Below, piece after piece: positions 29,273-38,055 of a DNA stretch of 64,000 nt. The DNA comes from Armatimonadota bacterium (GTDB lineage: Bacteria; Armatimonadota; Fimbriimonadia; Fimbriimonadales; GBS-DC). How positions within the stretch are numbered: position 1 is the first letter of the stretch; each line of letters starts with the position of its first letter. The position numbers were made by a program, and so were the translations under genes. The notes beneath the pieces are model-generated. The model was not told where the DNA came from. It saw nothing but the letters and a program-made list of their open reading frames with translations, and searched no databases. Location of the stretch: NCBI GenBank assembly GCA_037445735.1, contig JBBIJY010000002.1, forward strand, positions 123,133 to 187,132. The letters run 5' to 3'.

Positions 29273-30487
29273 ATGGTGGGGCTGCATATCGCGCTTGCGC
29301 TGCTTTATAATGCACGGACACCGTTCGGCAACAACGGCTACGCGAACACGCCCGATGAGGGCGCGCACTTTCAGTATGTGGCATATGTGGCGCAGGCATG
29401 GCGCCTGCCCCTCTTTGCGGGCTATGCGGGGGTTGGCTATGAGGCGCACCAGCCTCCGCTCTACTACTTCCTAACGGCGGTTCTCTATCACCTTGTGGGC
29501 GGCGCGGGCAAGGGTGTGCGGCTGCTTTCAACCCTCTTCAGCGCGGGAGTCGTGTGGCTTACATGGCTGTGCGCCCGTCGCCTGCTGCCCGACCGACCGC
29601 TGATCGCCCTCACCGCGACAGGCTTCGTCGCCTTCCTGCCGATGCACATCGCGATTGGCAGCGCGGTGGGCAACGACGCGCTCACCAATCTGCTCTTTGC
29701 GGGGGTTCTCTATGGACTGCTGAAGCGTGGCTCCAGCAATCCAGAGCGTCAGGCGTTGTGGGTGGGCATTCTCACAGGGCTGGCGCTGCTGACCAAAGCG
29801 ACCGCGATATTGCTCCTGCCTGTTGTTGGGCTGGGCGTGCTGATTCAGGCGCGACTGGACGGCGCAGGCTGGCAGATGAGTGTGAGGCGGGCAGGTCTCG
29901 CGCTTCTGCCTGCCCTGCTGATTGGCGGCTGGTGGTTCATCCGTAATGCCCTGCTGTATGACGACCCGCTGCTGCAAAAAACCTTCCTGAATGTGTTCGC
30001 GGGCACGGCGAAGGCGCAGGACTTCCTGCAGGCGGGCATGAGCTGGGGCGACTACCTGCGCCTCGTGGCGGACTGGACTTTCCGCAGCTTCTGGTTTGCC
30101 TACGGCACGCCGCGCACGGCGAACACAGGCGCGCCAAACTTCCTGCCATTTGGCGGCGTCTATCTGGCGATGCTGGTGTGGCAGCTGCTCACACTGGCAG
30201 GGGTGGGGCGCGCCCTGCGCACGGTTCAGGAACCGTGCGCACGCTTCTGGCTGGCGCTGGGCGCGTTCACTATCCTGCTGGTGTGTGTTAGCTTTGTGCT
30301 TTTCGTGCGCATCTTCTTTCAGGCGCAGGGACGATATTTTTACCCCGCGCTGATGCCGATAGCCATTTTCAGCGCGCTGGGCTGGGACGGACTGCTGCCC
30401 GACCGCTGGCGCACGCTGGGGCACCTCACGCTGATCGCTTTCTGGCTCTTACTCGCTCTTGCTTGCAGTCTGTATTTGAGCGCGTAA
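29273..30487 (+). CDS. GT39/ArnT-like membrane glycosyltransferase (start uncertain)
   Basis: TPDEGAH, EAHQPPLYY, VGNDAL, LLTK, WWFIRN and QGRY motifs. Confidence 0.7.
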   Translation: MVGLHIALALLYNARTPFGNNGYANTPDEGAHFQYVAYVAQAWRLPLFAGYAGVGYEAHQPPLYYFLTAVLYHLVGGAGKGVRLLSTLFSAGVVWLTWLCARRLLPDRPLIALTATGFVAFLPMHIAIGSAVGNDALTNLLFAGVLYGLLKRGSSNPERQALWVGILTGLALLTKATAILLLPVVGLGVLIQARLDGAGWQMSVRRAGLALLPALLIGGWWFIRNALLYDDPLLQKTFLNVFAGTAKAQDFLQAGMSWGDYLRLVADWTFRSFWFAYGTPRTANTGAPNFLPFGGVYLAMLVWQLLTLAGVGRALRTVQEPCARFWLALGAFTILLVCVSFVLFVRIFFQAQGRYFYPALMPIAIFSALGWDGLLPDRWRTLGHLTLIAFWLLLALACSLYLSA

Positions 30488-30512
30488 TCGCTGTCCTGAA
30501 TGGACAGCGCGG

Positions 30513-31358
30513 TCAGGCAGAGCGGTGGTAGAGACCTTCAAAGCGCAGGGTTGCGGGACCCGTCAGCTGGATGGGGGCGCCAGGCTCCCACTCGACGGTC
30601 AGCACGCCGCCGCGCGAGCGCACCTCCACCGGGTTGCTCGCCCAGTTAGCAAGGCGCGCCAGCACGGCGACCGCCGCCGCGCCGCTGCCACAGCCCTGCG
30701 TCTCGCCCACCCCGCGCTCCCAGATGCGCACAGCGAAGCGGTTCGGCGACTCCACCAGTGCCCACAGCACGGTGGTGCGCTCCGGAAACAGCGGATGGGT
30801 CTCGATGCGCGGACTGATCTGCTCAAACAGCTCATCGTCGGGCAGGCGGTCGGTGAAGATGACGCTGTGGGTTGTGCCCGTGTTGACCGCCCACAATCGA
30901 ACCTCGCGCCCGCTCACGATTAACGGGTAGTCCAGCACCTGCTCGCCCTCCACCAGCATCGGGATGTCGCGCGGGTGAAAGCGCGGCGGCGGTAGCTCGG
31001 TCGTGATCGACTCCACCGCACCATTGTGCAGGTTCAGGCGCACGGGCACCACACCGCTGACGGTCTCGATGGCGAACTGGGGCGTGTCCACATAGCCATG
31101 CTCATAGGCGAATCGGGCGACACAGCGCAATCCGTTACCGCAGAAGTCTTCCGTGCCGTCGGGATTGAACATCCGCATGGCAAGCGCTTCGCGCTCGCCC
31201 CTGCCGACTATCAGCAAGCCGTCGCTGCCGATACCCAGCGGACGCTGACATAGCTGCTGCGCCAGTGCAGGCAGGTTCTCGCCCTGCACGGAATCGGCGT
31301 CCACCAGCACAAAGTCGTTGCCGACCGCCTCCACTTTCCAGAAGCGCAATCGGCGCAT
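30513..31358 (-). CDS. dapF: Diaminopimelate epimerase
   Basis: GNDF, GIGSDG, NPDG..FCGNG and WERGVGETQGCGSG. Confidence 0.92.
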   Translation of the reverse strand: MRRLRFWKVEAVGNDFVLVDADSVQGENLPALAQQLCQRPLGIGSDGLLIVGRGEREALAMRMFNPDGTEDFCGNGLRCVARFAYEHGYVDTPQFAIETVSGVVPVRLNLHNGAVESITTELPPPRFHPRDIPMLVEGEQVLDYPLIVSGREVRLWAVNTGTTHSVIFTDRLPDDELFEQISPRIETHPLFPERTTVLWALVESPNRFAVRIWERGVGETQGCGSGAAAVAVLARLANWASNPVEVRSRGGVLTVEWEPGAPIQLTGPATLRFEGLYHRSA

Positions 31359-31366
31359 CCGTTCGC

Positions 31367-31819
31367 TCACCGCTGTTTCAGCGCCTCCCGGATCTCCTTC
31401 TCGAACTCGGCGTAGGTGCGCGAACCCGACCACGCCTTCAGACGCTTGCCCGACTTGCTGTAGAGGTAGGTGCGCGGCACCTCACCGCCCCATTCGCTAT
31501 CGAAGCCGCGAATGAACTGGTCGGAATCCTGATCCAGTACCAGCACGGGGAAGGTCGCGCGCATTCGCTTCAGAAACGGCTGAACGACCTCGTCGGCGGT
31601 TTCAGGGTCATCCACCGAGACGGCGATGACCATCACGCCCCGCTTGCGATAGGTGTTGTAGAGCCTGACCAGCGCGGGGAACTCCTCCACGCAGGGCTGG
31701 CACCATGTCGCCCAGAAGTTCAGCAGGACGACCTTGCCCTTCTGTTTTGTCAGCCGCGCCCGCAAATCGCGCAGGTTGGTGCGCGGCAACCGCTTCGATT
31801 GAAACCCGAACAGAGCCAT
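31367..31819 (-). CDS. TlpA-family thioredoxin-like protein
   Basis: GKVVLLNFWATWCQPCVEEFP and VPRTYL. Confidence 0.88.
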   Translation of the reverse strand: MALFGFQSKRLPRTNLRDLRARLTKQKGKVVLLNFWATWCQPCVEEFPALVRLYNTYRKRGVMVIAVSVDDPETADEVVQPFLKRMRATFPVLVLDQDSDQFIRGFDSEWGGEVPRTYLYSKSGKRLKAWSGSRTYAEFEKEIREALKQR

Positions 31820-31821
31820 CG

Positions 31822-33867
31822 TTATTGACCTCCATCGTTGTGAGTGGTTGCGGGCGGATCGCGCCACACGCCATCGGCTTTGAGCAGCGCGATCAGCTCT
31901 TCCACGCCGCGCTCGGCGGGAATATCGTTTTTGACGAGTTGCCCTTTGCGATAGAGCGCGATTTTACCCGACCCGCGCCCCACATAGCCATAATCTGCAT
32001 CCGCCATTTCACCTGGTCCGTTCACAATGCAGTTATGCACCACGCAGAGTGAGCCGACATAGGTGTGCGCGTGCGCCACCTCCAGGTTGTGAACCGTGCC
32101 CCGATAGGGAAGGCGCCTCACTGCTGCAACGGGCAGATAGAGGTAGCGTGAATCGAGCACGAGCCGCCCCGTACGCTGACGGCTTTCAGGCACTTCCACC
32201 TTGAAGCCGAGGCGGTCGGCAAATCGCCGCAGCCCATCACCGCTGGTGACGCTGATGATGTATGTGCGCTGGCGGTTTGCAGGTTGCCTGACCGTCAGCG
32301 ACGCTGGTATCCCCAGCCGCAGAAGCAGCTGGTGAACGACAAAGGCGAGCGCTGGCGAAACCGTCACATAGCTGGCACGCGGATAGCCCCTGACCACCCC
32401 ACAATAGCCATCGCACCGCCAGAGCTTCTGCAGGTACTCTATAATCTGCTTTGCTTCGTCAGGGACGCGCTCCGATATCTGGTTCTCTTTCAGCACAGGG
32501 TAGAGCAGTACATGATTGCGGGTAATCTCCTGCGCCGGGTACCAGCGTGCCTCCTGCCAGCGATTGATGAGGTCTGCCATGTTTTGCCAGCGTGGTCGGT
32601 CGCCTTTAATTGTGCAGGAGCGGGTGAGCGCCAGCACGGGGTGATTGGGCGTCAGGCGCAGGGGCGGTGCGCCGCGCGGCACAATCTCTATCAGCTCGCC
32701 CTCGAATGAATGGCTCTCGATGGCGGATACAGGCTCCAGCGTGCCCTGCTCGGTCAGCACGCGCTCGCCCACCTGAATCCGATGAATGGGTTTCAGCCCC
32801 GTCTCGGTCATCACGGGCTGGTCGGGTGGCAGGCAGCCCATCACGGCGATGTCCAGTCCCACCAGGTGCCTGGTGGCTTCGCGCACCTGGTTCAGCACGG
32901 TTGGCAGGTCAAACTTGGTGCGTCCGCAGGAGGGGCAGGCGATATACTCCACTTTGGTCTTGCGCAGTCCCAGCGCCTGCAGGATGTCGTAGCACGCCTC
33001 AATCTCGTTCAGCGGGTCTTCGGCGAGCGAGACGCGAATGGTGTCGCCAATGCCTTCTGCCAGCAGGGTGCCGATGCCGATCGCGCTCTTGATACGGGCG
33101 TACATCCCATCGCCCGCCTCGGTTACGCCCAGATGCAGGGGGTAGTCCATGCCCAGCTGGTTCATGCGCTCCACCATCAGGCGGTTTGCCGAGAGCATCA
33201 CAGGCACACGGCTCGCCTTGAGCGAGATGACAATATCTTTGAAGCCGTGCGACTCGCAGATGCGAATATACTCTAATGCCGATTCGACCATTCCGACGGG
33301 CGAGTCGCCGTACATCACCTTGATGCGCTCCGAGAGGCTGCCGTGATTGACGCCGATGCGCATGGCGACGCCGCGCTCCTTGCAGGCGCGGATCACGGGC
33401 AGGAGCGCCTGCTCGATGGCTTCCAGCTCCTGCTGAATCTCGCTCGGGCTGTATTCCACGCGGCTGGGGTCAGGCTTGCGGAACACGAACAGCCCCGGAT
33501 TGATGCGAATCTTCTCCACATGTTTGGTGCATTCGAGGGCGATCTCCATGCCCTGGTGATGCACATCGGCGACGAGCGGGATGTGCCCGTAGCCGCGCCG
33601 TCGCAGCTCGGCTTTGATTTCGCCGAGGTTTTGCGCCTCGCGCAGGTTAGGCGCAGTGACACGCACGATTTCCGCACCCGCCTCGTAAAGCTGGATAATC
33701 TGCTCGACGGCGGCGGGCGTGTTCATCGTCTCGGCGGTGATCATCGTCTGCACACGGACGGGATTGTTCCCCCCAATCCCGATATCGCCCACCCGGACCT
33801 CGCGCGTCTTGCGACGGCGATAGGTGTTCGGCAGTTGCACCCCTGTCAGCGGAACGAACGCACTCAT
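31822..33867 (-). CDS. ispG: (E)-4-hydroxy-3-methylbut-2-enyl-diphosphate synthase, intein-containing (681-aa precursor; ~413 aa after splicing)
   Basis: [33 protein letters not shown] and ACPSCGR. The [12 protein letters not shown] motif is split by an insert. Confidence 0.95.
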   Translation of the reverse strand: MSAFVPLTGVQLPNTYRRRKTREVRVGDIGIGGNNPVRVQTMITAETMNTPAAVEQIIQLYEAGAEIVRVTAPNLREAQNLGEIKAELRRRGYGHIPLVADVHHQGMEIALECTKHVEKIRINPGLFVFRKPDPSRVEYSPSEIQQELEAIEQALLPVIRACKERGVAMRIGVNHGSLSERIKVMYGDSPVGMVESALEYIRICESHGFKDIVISLKASRVPVMLSANRLMVERMNQLGMDYPLHLGVTEAGDGMYARIKSAIGIGTLLAEGIGDTIRVSLAEDPLNEIEACYDILQALGLRKTKVEYIACPSCGRTKFDLPTVLNQVREATRHLVGLDIAVMGCLPPDQPVMTETGLKPIHRIQVGERVLTEQGTLEPVSAIESHSFEGELIEIVPRGAPPLRLTPNHPVLALTRSCTIKGDRPRWQNMADLINRWQEARWYPAQEITRNHVLLYPVLKENQISERVPDEAKQIIEYLQKLWRCDGYCGVVRGYPRASYVTVSPALAFVVHQLLLRLGIPASLTVRQPANRQRTYIISVTSGDGLRRFADRLGFKVEVPESRQRTGRLVLDSRYLYLPVAAVRRLPYRGTVHNLEVAHAHTYVGSLCVVHNCIVNGPGEMADADYGYVGRGSGKIALYRKGQLVKNDIPAERGVEELIALLKADGVWRDPPATTHNDGGQ
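32032..32835 (-). mobile_element. Intein (268 aa) with LAGLIDADG remnant in ispG
   Basis: Starts [10 protein letters not shown], block B LTPNHP, block F VHNLEV, ends VVHN followed by +1 Cys. Confidence 0.93.
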
Positions 33868-33904
33868 GCCGTTAAAAGTTTACCTGACCCACCGCCTGCC
33901 CGAT

Positions 33905-33941
33905 AAAAACGCCCTCTCTCCCATCTCAGGGAGGGAGGGCG
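33905..33941 (-). terminator. Likely intrinsic terminator after the WD40 gene
   Basis: Stem CGCCCTCTCTCCC/GGGAGGGAGGGCG followed on the minus strand by a T5 tract. Confidence 0.6.
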
Positions 33942-33963
33942 CTGTGGGAGGCGATGTCACTGT

Positions 33964-36069
33964 TCAGCAGCCCGCGCTGTAGTTGAACAGCACGATCAGC
34001 AGGTCGGCGTCGTCCACGCGCCCGTCATCGTTCAGGTCGCCGTCCGTGCGGTACTGCCCGTAGTTGAACAGCACGATCAGCAGGTCGGCATCGTCCACAC
34101 AGCCGTTGCCATCGGCGTCCCCATCCAGAATCGGGCTGCGAGCCACCATGAGGCTGCCGTCTTCGAGCTGAAGCGCGTAGCGACTCTCATCTCGCGAGAC
34201 CCGCAGCTGACTGACAATCAGCCCGCGCGTTGAGATGCTTCGATAGTAGCCGGTGGCGGGCGGCACGGGGATAAAATCAACCCCTGCACTGCCAACAGCC
34301 AGATATCGCCCGTTCTTGACGAACTGAACCACAGGCAGCCAGCCGTACCACGGGGTGTCCACGAGGAACTCGCCGTTTACAATATCCCAGAGTTCAACCC
34401 GCCTCGGTATCGCCACTGCCAGGAACCGCTTATCGGGCGAGAGGGCGAGCTGATAGACTTCGATATCCCCGCTGTATGCTATCTGCCAGCGGATGGCGCC
34501 CGTTGCAAGGTCCACAAGACGGATGGAGGAGTCGGTATCGGCGTAAGCCAGCAGGGTGCCATCGGCGGAGAGCGTGGCTATATGCGCCCAAACAGGCGCC
34601 TGATAGACAGTTGTGCCTGTCAGGGTGTCCAGCACCAGCAGCGGCGCTGAACCGTACACGGTTAGTCGCGATCCATCTGCCGAGAAGGTCAGTTTTGCCC
34701 CCGGGTATGCAAGCGGTACCTGCCACATCCGCTGCGCGTCGCTCAGGCGATAGAGGGCGAGCTGGCTGGGGTCAGCCGTGGGAACCGCCAGATAGTCCGA
34801 ATCGGGTGAGAAGGTCGCGTTTGACCAGTCGGCGCTGGGCGGGAGCGTCAGGATCGGCGTGCCGTCGGCGGAGCGAACGACATCCTGCGTGGTCAATATC
34901 CAGCGCCCATCGGGCGACATGCGCACGGCGGGCGCCATCAGCGGTACATTTCGCACGAAGCGTCCCTGCCCGTCGTGCAGCGCGGGCAGTTGCGCACTGC
35001 CGACCGCCCACACCCACAGGTTGCGGCTGTCGCCGTCGAACGCGCCCAGCTGCCAGTGGCGCGCCACGACGGCTTCAAACTGGAGATGCGGCAGGGACAG
35101 GCGGTCGATCTGATCGTTTGGACCGCCCGTGTAAAGGTGCTGCCCATCGGGGCTGACGGTCATGCCCCGAATCGGGTAGACGGTTCCGCCCTCTTCAGCG
35201 GGGTAGAGATTGGGTACGGTGTAGAGGCGCAGCGTATTGCCCATCCAGTTGGGTAGGGGCGCATAGTCCGCCACCAGATGGCTCCCGTCAGGCAGGAAAA
35301 CAAGCAACGAGGCAGGGTCGGGACGATGAAACAGCTGCCCGTCCGCCAGCCGCTTGAGCCAGACGCCATCGCGGGCAGCAACCGCCAGATACGCGCCATC
35401 GGGTGAGAACGCGACATCGCGCGCGGGCACCTGCCAGTAATCCACCAGCCTGCGGGTGGCAACCTCCCACACGCTCACGAAGCCGTTGCACACCGCCAGC
35501 AACCGCCCATCGGGGGAGAACACCACTCGCTCAACAAAGTTGTATCCGCACCCACCTGGCAGGCACTGCTGGGATGCGCCAAACAGGGTGACCAGCCAGA
35601 AGCTGTTGTTCGCACTGCCAGCGGCAAGCGGCAAGCCCAGCGGCGAGATGTCGAGCGAGACACCATACACATATTAGTGGGCAATCAGATTCCAGTCGGG
35701 CACTGACCAGAGCGCCAGGGATGTTTGCAGACCGATGGTGGCAGCCGCGGTTCCATCAGGTGAGAAGGCTATCCCGTTGGTCTGATAGAAACCTGCTTGA
35801 CCGACTCGCCATGAGTGGAGGGGCAGAACGGTCTGGTTCGTCCGCAGGTTCCAGACTTTGAACAGGGTGTAGGGTGGCTCGTACCAGGAGCGTCCTTCGC
35901 CTGTGGCGAGCCACTGTCCATCAGGCGAGATCGCGAGCGCTCCAGCGGGCGTGGAGCGCCCTTCCAGCTTCCACACAAGGCGCGGGTCTTCCACCTGCGC
36001 CAGCAACACTGCCATGCTGACGCCCGCCATCAGCAGGCAACTTAACCCTTTCGCAACAGCTGCTCGCAT
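33964..36069 (-). pseudogene. Secreted WD40 beta-propeller with C-terminal dockerin-like pair, interrupted by a single in-frame TAA at 35674-35676
   Basis: Track ORFs 35674-36069 and 33964-35670 are in the same frame (..LIAH*YVYGV..). Signal peptide is in the first, FSPDG repeats in both, and DDADLLIVLFNY occurs twice at the end. Confidence 0.75.
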
Positions 36070-36200
36070 GATGCCCTCCTGTCCATCGGCAAGCGCCGAT
36101 TCTCGCAGCGGCTGGCTTATTATACTCCATCAATAATAAAGCAGGCAAGCCCATGAGTGCTGAAGCCTGCCTGCAAGCGGGTGTTGCCAATGGGGACGAG

Positions 36201-36860
36201 CTATTTCCGCTCGTTGATGGGCTTGCCCTGGAGCGGGGAGAGCTGTTCCGCCTTTCTGGCGTAGGTTTCGGGGTCGGCAAGGAACTTGCGCCGGCAGCTG
36301 CTGCAGCACACATAGTAGCGCTTGCCATTATACTCGAAAGCAATCGCCTCGTCAGGGGTGATCTCCTCCTCCGACACAGGGCAGAACAGTTTCGCCGTCT
36401 GATCAGCTTGCTGTTCGCTGGACGGTTGATTATTGCCCGGATTGACGGACGGATTCGTCCTGCTCTCCTTGCTGGATGCAGAGGGCGTGCTGCAACAGCC
36501 TTTGTTAGCCGCTGTGCCCTTCTCAGCTGCGCAGCAGCTCCCACCGCTCGCCTTCTCCGCGCTGCAGCAGGCTTTGCTGGCGCTGCTGGTGTTGCTTGCG
36601 GGGGCAGGCTTGCGGTTGAGATAGGTGGCGGGCGACGCCTTGAACCTGGTCAGGCAGTCCTTGCAGCAGAAGTAGTAGGTCTTGCCCCGATAGGTGTAGC
36701 GCGGGGCGCGGGCGGTGTTTTTAATCGCCTCGCCCGAAACGGGGCAGGTAATGGCGGGCTTTTTCACCGTCGTATCTGCCTTTTTCGTCTGCTGATATGC
36801 GACTGCACCCAGAATCAGCCCTGCGGTTAAAAGCAGACTCAGAATCGCTCGATTGCTCAT
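36201..36860 (-). CDS. Secreted tandem YHS/TRASH-like domain protein with Cys-Cys-rich linker
   Basis: CPVSGE..YRGKTYYFCCKDC..F...PATY and CPVSEE..YNGKRYYVCCSSC..F.ADPETY; RBS AAGGAGG. Confidence 0.85.
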   Translation of the reverse strand: MSNRAILSLLLTAGLILGAVAYQQTKKADTTVKKPAITCPVSGEAIKNTARAPRYTYRGKTYYFCCKDCLTRFKASPATYLNRKPAPASNTSSASKACCSAEKASGGSCCAAEKGTAANKGCCSTPSASSKESRTNPSVNPGNNQPSSEQQADQTAKLFCPVSEEEITPDEAIAFEYNGKRYYVCCSSCRRKFLADPETYARKAEQLSPLQGKPINERK

Positions 36861-36895
36861 TTGGTTAGCCTCCTTGTGGAGGATTATACCTCGTG

Positions 36896-38005
36896 TCATT
36901 CAGGCGGGTGTTGATAGGCTTCATAGTGCTGGGCGATGCCTGCCTGCTCGGTGCGCCCTTTGTGCAGGCAGAGGCGGTAGCGGAAGGTGAGTTGCTCGCC
37001 GCGTGCGAGGCGGTAGTCGCCCGTGCCTTTCGGCGTGCCGGGCACAAAGTCGTGGACGCCGAACGGGTTCGCGGCGAACAGCCCATAGTCGCGCACATGC
37101 CAGTAGGTCGGATGGCGCAGGTTGTCGGGATGGTCGAAAACAGCGATACCGACGATTTCGCCTTCGACGGGTCCGGTGTAGTCGCACCATTCGGCGCGTT
37201 TGCCCCATGCGTCGCGGTCGCGCTGACCGGCGGCGGTGACGATTTGCCCGCCTGTCCCGCGTTTGACCTCCATGCTGGAGGCGACGCGGATGCCAAAAGT
37301 GCCCTCTTTGGTATCGCCGAACCGCACCTCGCCCTCGCTGGCAGTCAGCGTGACGCGGTAATCGAGCCAGCCGAAGTCGGGCGTGCGGTAGGCGATAATC
37401 TCGGTTGTCTCAGTGCACACCTTTTTGCCGTCGGGCGCGAGCCACTCGTTGTGTGCCACGATCCGCGCCAGCACGGCGCCCGCCTCCACGCGCTCGATCT
37501 GGCGATGGACAATCGTGCCCTTGCCCGCGCCTTCCGCCCAGAAGTCGACACCGTTCACCTCGCCGTGCGTGAACCAGACGGAGCGGTGGTGCGGGTGATC
37601 CATCGATTCGCCCGGCACAATCTGCATGGGGAAGTGGCGCGTGAGGGGTTTGCCGTTGGGTGCGTAGAGCGGGTAGAGATAGGGCTTGGGCGCGCCGCGA
37701 TAGACATACGCCGTGACGGGCTGCCCGCGCCAGCGGATGGTAACGGCGTTCTCGCCCTGTTTCACTTCGAAGCCCTGGGGGGCTTCAGATGCGGTGCGCA
37801 GCTCGTATCGCTTCTGGCTGCCGCGCGGCAGGTCGGGTTCGATCCAGACCAGCCAGCGTTTGCCGTCGCGCTCCACCACCTGCGCCGGGATGGGTTCGCC
37901 CGCGTCTGTCAGCATCAGTGGCTCCGCTGGCAACCGTTCCGAAACCGTTCGCCAGATGGGCACCTGCCGATAGCTTGCCCTGACCGCCCGAATGATAAGA
38001 CGCAT
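36896..38005 (-). CDS. PmoA-like/DUF6807 family protein
   Basis: KPYLYPL, DHPHHRSVWFTHG.VNGVDFW, DHPDN and WHVRDYGLFAANPFG. Confidence 0.7.
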   Translation of the reverse strand: MRLIIRAVRASYRQVPIWRTVSERLPAEPLMLTDAGEPIPAQVVERDGKRWLVWIEPDLPRGSQKRYELRTASEAPQGFEVKQGENAVTIRWRGQPVTAYVYRGAPKPYLYPLYAPNGKPLTRHFPMQIVPGESMDHPHHRSVWFTHGEVNGVDFWAEGAGKGTIVHRQIERVEAGAVLARIVAHNEWLAPDGKKVCTETTEIIAYRTPDFGWLDYRVTLTASEGEVRFGDTKEGTFGIRVASSMEVKRGTGGQIVTAAGQRDRDAWGKRAEWCDYTGPVEGEIVGIAVFDHPDNLRHPTYWHVRDYGLFAANPFGVHDFVPGTPKGTGDYRLARGEQLTFRYRLCLHKGRTEQAGIAQHYEAYQHPPE

Positions 38006-38055
38006 CCTGCGCTAAAGTTTACCTGCCTGCAGGTGAAGCGGGTATATTCTGTGCC

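Noticed and set aside
36896-38005. Methane monooxygenase
   Set aside because: Soluble DUF6807/'PmoA-like' family without pmoB/pmoC or TM helices; not evidence of methanotrophy.
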